Of a stretch of 49,042 bases of DNA, positions 26,293 to 34,823 are shown in pieces. Under the pieces are notes generated by a model. The model did no database searches. It was not told where the DNA came from and saw only the letters and a list, made by a program, of their open reading frames with translations. Within the stretch, counting starts at the first letter, position 1, and every line of letters starts with the position of its first letter. The position numbers and the translations under genes are program-made. Source of the stretch: a bacterium (lineage in GTDB: Bacteria > UBA6262 > WVXT01); NCBI GenBank assembly GCA_046759165.1, contig JBHIBS010000011.1, positions 1 to 49,042 of the forward strand, in the 5' to 3' direction.

Positions 26293-27270
26293 TTAAAGAA
26301 TGCCTTCTGAAAGAAGGTCTCTCTCGTCCACAATCCCTATTGGATAGCCGTTTCCATCTACTACAGGTATATTATCGAACTTCTTCTCCTGCATCATTTT
26401 TGCTGCCTCTATAGCCAGTCTGTCCTGGGTAATGGTCTTTGGATTTTTGGTCATTACAGTATGAATTTTTTTGTTCAGAATTTTTTCATGTTTCTGTAAT
26501 CTACGCCGCAAATCCCCATCGGTAAAGAACCCAACTAACCTACCAGAACCCTCTACGACGCTCGTCGCACCGAGACGTGTTTTAGTCATTACTAATAGTG
26601 CTTCTCTCACTGTCTTTTCCTGACGGATCACAGGATTATCTTTGCCTTTTCTCATTATATCTCTAACCCTAAGCAGTAACCTTTTGCCGAGGGTTCCGCC
26701 AGGATGGAGACGAGCAAAGTCCTCTTTTTTGAACTTCTTTTTCTTCAAGAGGGAGATTGCTAAAGCATCGCCCATTGCTAACATCGCTGTTGTGCTTGCT
26801 GTAGGAACGATATTGTAGGGGCAGGCCTCCTTCTCTACTTTCACATTAATGACTAAATCGCTCTCCTTTGCTAATTTCGATTTAGGTCTCCCGGTTATTG
26901 CTATTAACTTTAAATCCATTTTCCTTATGACAGGCAGAAGCTTCTCAATCTCTTCAGTCTCACCTCTATATGAGAGAGCTAAGACTAGGTCTCCTTCAGC
27001 CATCATTCCCACGTCACCAAGAATCCCTTCCGCCGGATGCAGGAAAAATGCAGGAGTGCCTGTAGAGGCCAATGTAGCTGCAATTTTTTTTCCAATCAAT
27101 CCCGACTTTCCCATGCCCATAACTACAATTCTCCCCTTACAGGAAGTTACCATTTCAACTGCCTTTTCAAAATTATGGCCAATAGTGGAGATAAGTTTGT
27201 TTATAGCTTTAGCCTCGACTTTTAAGACCTTTTTCCCTTCTTCAATACTTCCCACAAGACCCTCCAACAC
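26293..27270 (-). CDS. kdsD: Arabinose-5-phosphate isomerase (SIS plus CBS)
   Basis: GMGKSGLIG.KIAATLASTGTPAFFLHPAE, PTASTT and FARLHPGGTLG, followed by a CBS pair. Confidence 0.93.
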   Translation of the reverse strand: MLEGLVGSIEEGKKVLKVEAKAINKLISTIGHNFEKAVEMVTSCKGRIVVMGMGKSGLIGKKIAATLASTGTPAFFLHPAEGILGDVGMMAEGDLVLALSYRGETEEIEKLLPVIRKMDLKLIAITGRPKSKLAKESDLVINVKVEKEACPYNIVPTASTTAMLAMGDALAISLLKKKKFKKEDFARLHPGGTLGKRLLLRVRDIMRKGKDNPVIRQEKTVREALLVMTKTRLGATSVVEGSGRLVGFFTDGDLRRRLQKHEKILNKKIHTVMTKNPKTITQDRLAIEAAKMMQEKKFDNIPVVDGNGYPIGIVDERDLLSEGIL

Positions 27271-27364
27271 TATATCCGGATTAAGACAGAGCAGGAGCTC
27301 GACCCATCCAGCCCCGATTGGTAAATTGGTGCTTAATAAATCGAGCCCCTACAAAAAACCGGAA

Positions 27365-27550
27365 TTAATCTTTCAGGAATATCCGCAACAAAATATAGGC
27401 GATAGCTAAAAGAGCGTAAATTATTGCTAAAACCTTTAAATGCCATTTCCAGGTTGGTCCTTCTATCAGAATAGATTTAAGGTCCGCCCTGCATTTTACA
27501 CAGGATTTGGCATCTTCCTTATTATTATACCCACATTTTGGACATCGCAT
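27365..27550 (-). CDS. Small zinc-ribbon protein with a C-terminal membrane helix
   Basis: CPKCG...CVKC then a hydrophobic helix; GGAGG RBS. Confidence 0.75.
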   Translation of the reverse strand: MRCPKCGYNNKEDAKSCVKCRADLKSILIEGPTWKWHLKVLAIIYALLAIAYILLRIFLKD

Positions 27551-27566
27551 ACGTGCCTCCAGAGTC

Positions 27567-28400
27567 TCATTCTTTGCGGGTTGTTTTGACTATTCTATCT
27601 ATTTCTATTAGTCTTTCCAATAGTCCTTTTACTCGATTTAACCTAATCATATTTGGACCATCGCTCAGAGCTTCCTCTGGATCTGGATGAACCTCTAAAA
27701 AAAGTCCATCAATGCCTGTTGCTACTGCTGCCTGAGCAAGGAAAGGAACATATTCTCTCTCTCCGCCAGTGGCAGTTCCTCTTCCACCAGGTTTCTGAAC
27801 ACTGTGGGTGGCATCGAAAACTACTGGATAACCAAAAGATCTCATTATGGGTAGAGATTTGATGTCCACAACTAAATTATTGTAACCAAAACAACTTCCC
27901 CTTTCCGTCAACAGGATATTCCTGTTGCCAGCTGATTCTATCTTTTCTATTACGTTCTTCATATCCCAGGGGGCAAGGAATTGTCCTTTCTTCACATTTA
28001 CCGGCTTCCCTGTCCTGGCTATGGATATGATAAGGTCTGTCTGTCGGCATAAAAATGCCGGGACCTGTAAGATATCGGCTACCTTGCTGACCGATTCAAC
28101 TTCTTCTGTCCGATGAACATCGACTAGTAATGGAATATCGAATTCTCCTTTGACCTTCTCTAAAATCTCCAGTCCTTTGTCTAACCCGGGACCCCGATAA
28201 GACTTGATGGAAGTTCGATTGGCTTTATCATAAGAGGACTTGAAAATAAACGGGATGTTTGTTTCGCTTGCAATCTCTTTTAATTCTTCTATTGTCTTTC
28301 TGATCTGATCTTCCGATTCGATAACGCAAGGCCCAGCAATCAGAACCAGAGGACCGTTTCCGCCGATTTCAATATTGCCGATTTTCACTATTTTTACCAT
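27567..28400 (-). CDS. kdsA: Kdo-8-phosphate synthase
   Basis: IAGPCVIES, KSSYDKANRTS, KKGQFLAPW and FDATHSVQ.PG. Confidence 0.96.
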   Translation of the reverse strand: MVKIVKIGNIEIGGNGPLVLIAGPCVIESEDQIRKTIEELKEIASETNIPFIFKSSYDKANRTSIKSYRGPGLDKGLEILEKVKGEFDIPLLVDVHRTEEVESVSKVADILQVPAFLCRQTDLIISIARTGKPVNVKKGQFLAPWDMKNVIEKIESAGNRNILLTERGSCFGYNNLVVDIKSLPIMRSFGYPVVFDATHSVQKPGGRGTATGGEREYVPFLAQAAVATGIDGLFLEVHPDPEEALSDGPNMIRLNRVKGLLERLIEIDRIVKTTRKE

Positions 28401-28417
28401 TTAATTCCTTTCAAGAA

Positions 28418-28588
28418 CTATTCTATCGGAATAGCTTCATCGATTAGCATTATGGGAATGTCGTCTCTAATAGGATATATCAGTTTACAGCTATCACATA
28501 TTATTCCGTCTTCTTTCTCGTTTAAATGAACGTTGCCCTTGCACTTGGGGCAGGCCAAAATGTCCAATAGCTCTTTGTTAATGGTCAT
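28418..28588 (-). CDS. Trm112/YcaR family small protein (56 aa)
   Basis: Below the ORF-track cutoff. My translation is MTINKELLDILACPKCKGNV...CDSCKLIYPIRDDIPIMLIDEAIPIE, with an AAGGAG RBS; a typical kdsB neighbour. Confidence 0.9.
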   Translation of the reverse strand: MTINKELLDILACPKCKGNVHLNEKEDGIICDSCKLIYPIRDDIPIMLIDEAIPIE

Positions 28589-28597
28589 AAAATCTCC

Positions 28598-29341
28598 TTA
28601 TTCAGAATTTTTCAATATTTTTCTAACTTTTTCAAGGTCTTCTTGGGTGTCCACACCAATGGAGTCATATTGTGTAATCACCACTTTTATTTTGTATCCA
28701 TTTTCTAAAGCTCTCAATTGCTCCAGGTGCTCGACTTTCTCCAAAAGGCCCTGTTCCATCCGGACGAAATTTAGAAGAAATTCTCTCCTGTAAGCATAGA
28801 GACCGATATGTTTATAAGAGACAAAACTGAGACTTTTCAGCTCTAACGGATGCCTAACATAGGGAATTTGTGCACGGGAAAAATAGAGAGCAAATCCATT
28901 ATTGTCTATTACCACTTTAACTACATTGGGATTATTGAGCTCCTCTTGTGTAGTTATTTTCCGGGCAACTGTGGCTATATCGATGGTTTTATCTTCAATT
29001 AATGCCTGTGCTACTTTCGATATGACTTCTGGAGAAATTAAAGGTTCATCCCCTTGAATGTTTACGAAGATATCCGCAACTAAGCCTGTGGCTACTTCAG
29101 CTAATCTGTCAGTACCGCTTTTGCAGTTAGAAGATGTCATTATCGCTTTGCCCTCGAAATTTTCAACTACTTTGAAAATTTCCTCGCTATCTGTGGCTAT
29201 TACCACGTCGTGCAGAAGTTCTACCTTCTTTGCCTGTTCATATACTCTCTGAATTAATGGTTTACCGAGGATGTCAGCTAAAACTTTACCTGGAAAACGC
29301 TTTGAATCGTAGCGAGCTGGAACAATCCCGATAATTTTCAT
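28598..29341 (-). CDS. kdsB: CMP-Kdo synthetase
   Basis: IVPARYDSKRFPGK.L, SGTDR, NIQGDEP, ALYFSR, LEQLRALENG and GVDT.EDL. Confidence 0.95.
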   Translation of the reverse strand: MKIIGIVPARYDSKRFPGKVLADILGKPLIQRVYEQAKKVELLHDVVIATDSEEIFKVVENFEGKAIMTSSNCKSGTDRLAEVATGLVADIFVNIQGDEPLISPEVISKVAQALIEDKTIDIATVARKITTQEELNNPNVVKVVIDNNGFALYFSRAQIPYVRHPLELKSLSFVSYKHIGLYAYRREFLLNFVRMEQGLLEKVEHLEQLRALENGYKIKVVITQYDSIGVDTQEDLEKVRKILKNSE

Positions 29342-29449
29342 TCTTCCCCCAAAATCAAGCACTCGGAAAGCCACAGAGTACTCCTGTGGGAAATCTCAAT
29401 AAAATTTAACATTATTTTAGCATATAATTGAAATAATTACTAATATAAA

Positions 29450-30070
29450 TTATAGTTCAAGCTTTTGTAATAAAACAATATTATGAGCATGAAAGTATCT
29501 TATCACAGGAAATAGATATAACACCTTAAACCCAACGGAATTTAATTCTTTCAGAAAATCGCCGAGTGGCAACATGCTTATTCTCTTGTTTACATTTTTA
29601 ATCCGGCATCTCACCCATCTTTCAACGCTATGTAAGAGATTATAGCGATAAAATGAGATTATAACGATTTTTCTTGCAACTCTATGTAGTTCTTTTAAAA
29701 TCTGACAGCGGCTAGAAGACTTGAGGATATGCTGGAGTAACCTTACGGTTACGATGCAATCGAAGGAATTCTCTTTTAAAGGTAGGTGTTTTATATCTCC
29801 TACGAGGAAGTGGTGATTCGAATTAGTGAGTGAAGAATATTTCCTGGTGGTTAGAACCATGGAAAAAGAGATGTCTGTACTGGTCAAATTGAGACTCCTT
29901 TTCAGGAGCAACTCAGAAAAGCGTCCGTAACCGCAGGGAACGTCCAGTATTGAGATACTCCTCTCCTCAATAGACGCAAAAATTTTCTCCAGTATCTTGC
30001 GTTCCCTCCTGTTAATTACCTTCTGGTCTATACCTTTATATCTTGTCCTTCTGTACTCTTCTGCATTCAT
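29450..30070 (-). CDS. Class I SAM-dependent methyltransferase
   Basis: ILDVPCGYGRF motif I and GDI..LP...SFD. Confidence 0.85.
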   Translation of the reverse strand: MNAEEYRRTRYKGIDQKVINRRERKILEKIFASIEERSISILDVPCGYGRFSELLLKRSLNLTSTDISFSMVLTTRKYSSLTNSNHHFLVGDIKHLPLKENSFDCIVTVRLLQHILKSSSRCQILKELHRVARKIVIISFYRYNLLHSVERWVRCRIKNVNKRISMLPLGDFLKELNSVGFKVLYLFPVIRYFHAHNIVLLQKLEL

Positions 30071-31122
30071 TTCTTACTTCCTCTGATTTCTAATTGCTTT
30101 ATTCTATTTTCTACCTGCTCCACGACTTCTTCAACTGTTATAAGTTCCATGCAGTCCTGATGCTTGCATCTTCTACAACCCTTTCTGGGACAAGAGAGTA
30201 GACTTAAGTCTTTCTTGATTGCAACATTCCGCGAACCGTAAGGGCCATTTCTTTTGGGATCGGTGGGCCCATAAAGTCCAATTGAGGGAATGGAGAGAGA
30301 GGAAGCAATATGGAGGGGTGCGCTGTCACTCCCTATGAACAGTGTGCACCTAGAGATGAGAGAAGCTAACTCTTTAAGACCTGTCCTGGGAGCAATAAGG
30401 GGTTTCTCTTCCATTAAACTACTTATGGATTCGATTAGATTTTCTTCGCCAGGGCCCCAAAGGAGCACCACTTTCGCTTTAAAGTTTCTTATGAGAATAT
30501 CTGCCAGATGGGCATAGTTCTTGCTTGGCCAAATCTTGCTCTTCCAGCTTGAACCGGGATTTAAAGCAATGAGAAGTTCTCTTTTCTCCATTCCTTCTTC
30601 TTTCAAAAATCGTTCCACATATTCCTTTTCAGGGTCTCCAATTTGGATTAGAAATTCTTTCGTTTCTATCTCGGCTCCTAAGAGATTGGCTAAGGCAAGG
30701 TATCTCTCAACTGCGTGCGAGTCTTTCGGAAATGGAGGAGCTTTAAAATTAATAAATAGTGAGTTGAATTCCCTGCCGTTCTTAGGGTTGAAGCCAAGTC
30801 TGACCTTTGCGCCTGTTGTGTAAGCAAATAGCCCACTGCGGAACTGTCCGTGGGAGTCTACTACAAGATCGAATGTCTTCCTCCTTAATTTCTTTATAAG
30901 CGGCCACAGTCTACTAATCCACCTATCCCTGTCAAAGGTAATGACTTCATCCAGGTAGGGATGTCCGATGAGCACTTCTTCTGCCTTTTTCTGAACCAGC
31001 CAGGCAATATAGGCATGGGGATACCTCTTTCTCAAAGCTCCCAAAAGGGGAAGTGTGTGCACGACATCACCTATCCCACTTAGCCTTATAATCAAAATTC
31101 TCCGGAATTCTTGTAATATCAT
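30067..31122 (-). CDS. GT9 LPS heptosyltransferase (WaaC-like)
   Basis: IIRLSGIGDVVHTLP, DSAPLHIA and LYGPTDP.RNGPY. Confidence 0.85.
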   Translation of the reverse strand: MILQEFRRILIIRLSGIGDVVHTLPLLGALRKRYPHAYIAWLVQKKAEEVLIGHPYLDEVITFDRDRWISRLWPLIKKLRRKTFDLVVDSHGQFRSGLFAYTTGAKVRLGFNPKNGREFNSLFINFKAPPFPKDSHAVERYLALANLLGAEIETKEFLIQIGDPEKEYVERFLKEEGMEKRELLIALNPGSSWKSKIWPSKNYAHLADILIRNFKAKVVLLWGPGEENLIESISSLMEEKPLIAPRTGLKELASLISRCTLFIGSDSAPLHIASSLSIPSIGLYGPTDPKRNGPYGSRNVAIKKDLSLLSCPRKGCRRCKHQDCMELITVEEVVEQVENRIKQLEIRGSKK

Positions 31123-31559
31123 CTCGATCTCTTGACTTTCCTCTCTAGTAATTCGTCAATTCGGTCAATGAGGTCATTGCGACTTTGATTGGTGATGTCT
31201 ATCTTTCTCTTAATCCTTCCAATATACGCGTCGCGCACATCAGACCTTCTGGCTTCGTCTTCAAGATACCAGAGTTGGATGTTCCTCTGACACAGGCGAT
31301 CCACTAAGGCTCCCAGCGTTCTGGAAATCTTCTCTTCCGCCTTGGGCTGTCTGTATAGCTTTACCTTTTCATCTCTCAACTTTACTTTTTCCTTCAATGC
31401 CTGAGCTAAAAATTGATTCATTTCACCAATCAAATCTCTGCGCTGAGACTGAACTATATTTATCTTCTTTTTACTCTTCCTTCCTTCTTTTCTTAAATTG
31501 TTGAGCCTGATGTTCTTGATGGTTAATTTGTCAACTAAACTTCCCAGTGTCTCCGCCAA
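31119..31559 (-). CDS. DUF4254-like helical protein with an internal duplication
   Basis: ETLGSLVDKL...QRRDL repeated as RTLGALVDRL...SRNDL; carries LW.LEDEARR.D and KRKID..NQ.RNDL motifs; TTG start after AGGAGG. Confidence 0.7.
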   Translation of the reverse strand: MAETLGSLVDKLTIKNIRLNNLRKEGRKSKKKINIVQSQRRDLIGEMNQFLAQALKEKVKLRDEKVKLYRQPKAEEKISRTLGALVDRLCQRNIQLWYLEDEARRSDVRDAYIGRIKRKIDITNQSRNDLIDRIDELLERKVKRSR

Positions 31560-31658
31560 ATTGACCCTCCTTTATTTAGTATAGCACTAACCTCCGGACG
31601 ATCGGAGCAACTGCCAAGGTTCAAATACAGTTAAAAGATAGTTTGTGAAGAGCTTTTG

Positions 31659-31817
31659 GAATTTTAGCCAAAAATCGAAGAAAAGAGTTTAGCCGAAACT
31701 TCCAGTGTGGAATTTCCGGAAATTCCTGAGATTTTTGGCGGTGCTCGAAGACCAAAAATTGTCAGCGAGCCAACCAAATTCCGAGCATATCTTCCTCAGC
31801 GATGAATAAACATCTTT
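31659..31817. repeat. Second copy of the outer repeat element with a short different core
   Basis: Same arms as 24783-25135; the core contains the perfect palindrome GGAATTTCCGGAAATTCC. Confidence 0.78.
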
Positions 31818-31870
31818 AACTCATAAGTCTAAACTCCTCCGCTACGCCGATTGGAACCAAATTAATCTAC

Positions 31871-32749
31871 TTATTTTATAAGAATAAAATTTTTGTAGTT
31901 TCCGATTCTCCAGCCGGTCTTCTTCCCAATGAAATCTGAAATTCTATTTCTTGCGTCTTTAAAGGTCAGTCTGTGGGTGCTCTTGGAGATAACGAATTTC
32001 CCTTGCCACTCATTGATTCTTTTTTCCATTATTTTAGGATGGCTTCCATTGTATTTCTTGAGCATCCAGGGGTCGATGTGTTTAAGATAGTCGAATTCTT
32101 CTTGCTTATATTCCTTCTCCCATCCGTCCCCGTGGTGAAGGGAGTCGTGATAGCGTTTCTTCGCTGCCATTACTTTAGGAGGTCGTACCCAACCATAGTG
32201 GTAGATGTAACCACCAGTATCTTTTACCCTCAATTTCCTTCTGTTGAGCCTGAAGCCCTGGGCACTGCTCCAGGAAGATATGCCTCGAAAGTTCCTAATT
32301 ATCCTCACCTCCCGCTGATACCAGTGGTATGAGTTTATGAAAGTCGAGTAATCTCCGTAGAAATGTATCCAGTTAAATATGAGCCCTTCTACCCTTTCAT
32401 CGAGAAGTTCCTGTTCCATACATTTTAATATCCTATTTAGGTCTCGCTCGTGAACTACCTCATCAGCTTGCAAGTAGAAACACCAATCGCCCCTGCATTT
32501 TGCCAAGGCAATGTCCGTTTGCTGTGCCAGAACTCGGCCCTTATACTTGAAGTTTGGATCCCATTCAGATTCGATTATCTCAATTTTTCCGTTCTTCATT
32601 GAACTGATCAAATCGAAAGTGCCATCATCGGACCTCCCTACATTTACTATAAACTCATCACAGATCGGTAGTATGGATTTGATCGATTCCACTACAGGAA
32701 ATGAAAATTTTATAGCATCTTTTACAAAAGTAAATCCGCTTACCTTCAA
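31871..32749 (-). CDS. Glycosyltransferase family 2
   Basis: ESIKSILPICDEFIV.VG.SDDGT, YLQADE and YHYGWVR. Confidence 0.85.
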   Translation of the reverse strand: MKVSGFTFVKDAIKFSFPVVESIKSILPICDEFIVNVGRSDDGTFDLISSMKNGKIEIIESEWDPNFKYKGRVLAQQTDIALAKCRGDWCFYLQADEVVHERDLNRILKCMEQELLDERVEGLIFNWIHFYGDYSTFINSYHWYQREVRIIRNFRGISSWSSAQGFRLNRRKLRVKDTGGYIYHYGWVRPPKVMAAKKRYHDSLHHGDGWEKEYKQEEFDYLKHIDPWMLKKYNGSHPKIMEKRINEWQGKFVISKSTHRLTFKDARNRISDFIGKKTGWRIGNYKNFILIK

Positions 32750-32766
32750 CTTCTTTCTCCCAATCT

Positions 32767-33663
32767 TTATAGGTTGCCTGTTTGAATTATTTTCTCATAT
32801 GCCTCTGTATACTTCTCTACCATGATTTCGGCTGTAAAATTCTCCTCCACTCTTTCTCTGCATTTCCTGGGACTGACTTCGTCGATTCTGTTTATAGCCT
32901 CTTCGAATTCTTCAAAGGTGTTACAGCGAAAACCGACATCAGAACTGATTACCTCAGGCATAGCTCCTTTGTTGGTGGTGATAACAGGTGTCCCTGAGGC
33001 CAACGCTTCCAGCGTCACGTTACCAATGGGTTCCTGCCAGTTTGTGGGGAAAATGAGGCCTTTTGCTCCTGCCAGAAGCTCTGCTTTCTCTCTATCATCT
33101 ACCTCGCCTACAAATTTGACCTTCTTTCTAAAAGAGAGTCTCCACCCTCCAGCAACGATCAGTTTGAATCCCATCACCTTTGCTAACCTTATGGCTAAAT
33201 CTACATTCTTAACTTTCCAGGAGACTTTTGCTAAGAAGAGAAAATAGTCTTCTTTCTTCTCTCTGTATATAAAATCGTCAAGATCGATTCCGCTGTAAAT
33301 ATAATGTGTGCTCCCATGGCGAATAGCATGGTTTTTACTCACAAATACTGTATTGAGTAGAAACTTTTCTCCTGGCTTGCCATTTCCCCCAATCCTGACT
33401 AAATAAGGTTTGCGGGGAGTATCTTGTGGTGTATTATATAACTGAATAACGTCTATGTTGTCAGGAACATAGGCTTCAAAATTTTGTATGGGTCTCTTTA
33501 TTGTGGTGATATTTATAGAGGGTAAATCTGTGCCGGTCAGGCTGAGCAGATATACCTTATGCCCCATCTTTGCCTGTGCTTTCATTAAGTTGACGGCTAT
33601 CCTCTGCGTTCCTCCATACTTTTTCACAGGCAAGACCTTCGGATAGTAGTGAAAGATGTTCAT
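32767..33663 (-). CDS. Glycosyltransferase family 4
   Basis: YGGTQR and EPIGNVTLEALASGTPVI (EX7E). Confidence 0.85.
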   Translation of the reverse strand: MNIFHYYPKVLPVKKYGGTQRIAVNLMKAQAKMGHKVYLLSLTGTDLPSINITTIKRPIQNFEAYVPDNIDVIQLYNTPQDTPRKPYLVRIGGNGKPGEKFLLNTVFVSKNHAIRHGSTHYIYSGIDLDDFIYREKKEDYFLFLAKVSWKVKNVDLAIRLAKVMGFKLIVAGGWRLSFRKKVKFVGEVDDREKAELLAGAKGLIFPTNWQEPIGNVTLEALASGTPVITTNKGAMPEVISSDVGFRCNTFEEFEEAINRIDEVSPRKCRERVEENFTAEIMVEKYTEAYEKIIQTGNL

Positions 33664-33738
33664 TGGAATTTTCCTAAAACCATTACATGGACAAACCCCT
33701 ACAGTACATTAACCCCCCTTTCGGGAGGACTCCAAACC

Positions 33739-34818
33739 CTACACTACTAGACGGTCGTAAATCTTTCTTGTTTCCTCAACCATCCTCTCTACATTAAACT
33801 TCTCTTTTACCAGTCGAAAACCTTCCTCTGCCATTTGACCCGCAAGGTCTCTATTTTTTAGAAGAGAAATAATGGCTTTAGCTAAAGCGCTTGGATTCCC
33901 GGGAGGGACTAAAATTCCATTTACTCTATGTTTCACAATCTCCGGAATCCCTCCCACATTTGTGGCGACTACAGGAACGCGGGAAGCAAAAGCATCCAGG
34001 AGAGAAGTGCCTAATCCTTCCCAGCTGGAAGATAGCACAAAGAGATGGAGAATGGAAAGAATTTCCGGAATATCCTGGCGAAATCCGAATAATTTTACTT
34101 CTTCTTCTAAATCAAATTTTTTAATTAGAATCTCTATCTCTCTACGAAGAGGACCCTCTCCCACTATCAAAAAGGTTACCTGCGGAAATTCATCTACCAC
34201 AATTCTTGCTGCCTCAAGAAGAGTTCTTTGGTCTTTATGCCAGGCAAGAGCGGCAATATTTCCTATGATTAACTTATCTCTATTCAGTCCCAATTCAGAA
34301 ATAAGATAGTGTCCCTCTACGTTCTGAAATCTCTCTATATCTACCCCGCTGTAAACAACATCGATCTTCCCCTCCGGTAAACCATCAGCCACTAAGACCT
34401 GTTTAACTCTCTCAGAAATTGCCATTATCCTGTCAACATTTGAATACTTCATTCGACTCAATATATTCTTCCTAATGTGAAAGTCGACTCTCCGGGAGAG
34501 AACGACCTTGCAATTTCCAGCACTTCTTGCTGCCAAAAGACCCAATGCGTGTCCATGGGGAGAATGGAGGTGAACTATTTTAATGGAATTATTTTTTATT
34601 ATCTTTTCTAATTTATATACTGCCAGGAGATCCCATTCCCCATGCATCTCGACTGGCAAAACTTTTAAGCCTGTAGCTTTTGCTCTCTTGGCCAGAAGGC
34701 TCTGAGGAGGACAGGCAATTATGTTATCGTAACCTCTTAGGCTCTTGGCAAAGTATAGAACTTGCTGCTGGCCACCTCTCCAGGTTTTTGCTGAATCGAT
34801 ATGTAATATCGTATCCAA
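33739..34818 (-). CDS. Glycosyltransferase family 4
   Basis: WRGGQQQ and EGLGTSLLDAFAS.VPVVATNVGGIPE; TTG start. Confidence 0.88.
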   Translation of the reverse strand: MDTILHIDSAKTWRGGQQQVLYFAKSLRGYDNIIACPPQSLLAKRAKATGLKVLPVEMHGEWDLLAVYKLEKIIKNNSIKIVHLHSPHGHALGLLAARSAGNCKVVLSRRVDFHIRKNILSRMKYSNVDRIMAISERVKQVLVADGLPEGKIDVVYSGVDIERFQNVEGHYLISELGLNRDKLIIGNIAALAWHKDQRTLLEAARIVVDEFPQVTFLIVGEGPLRREIEILIKKFDLEEEVKLFGFRQDIPEILSILHLFVLSSSWEGLGTSLLDAFASRVPVVATNVGGIPEIVKHRVNGILVPPGNPSALAKAIISLLKNRDLAGQMAEEGFRLVKEKFNVERMVEETRKIYDRLVV

Positions 34819-34823
34819 TCTTT

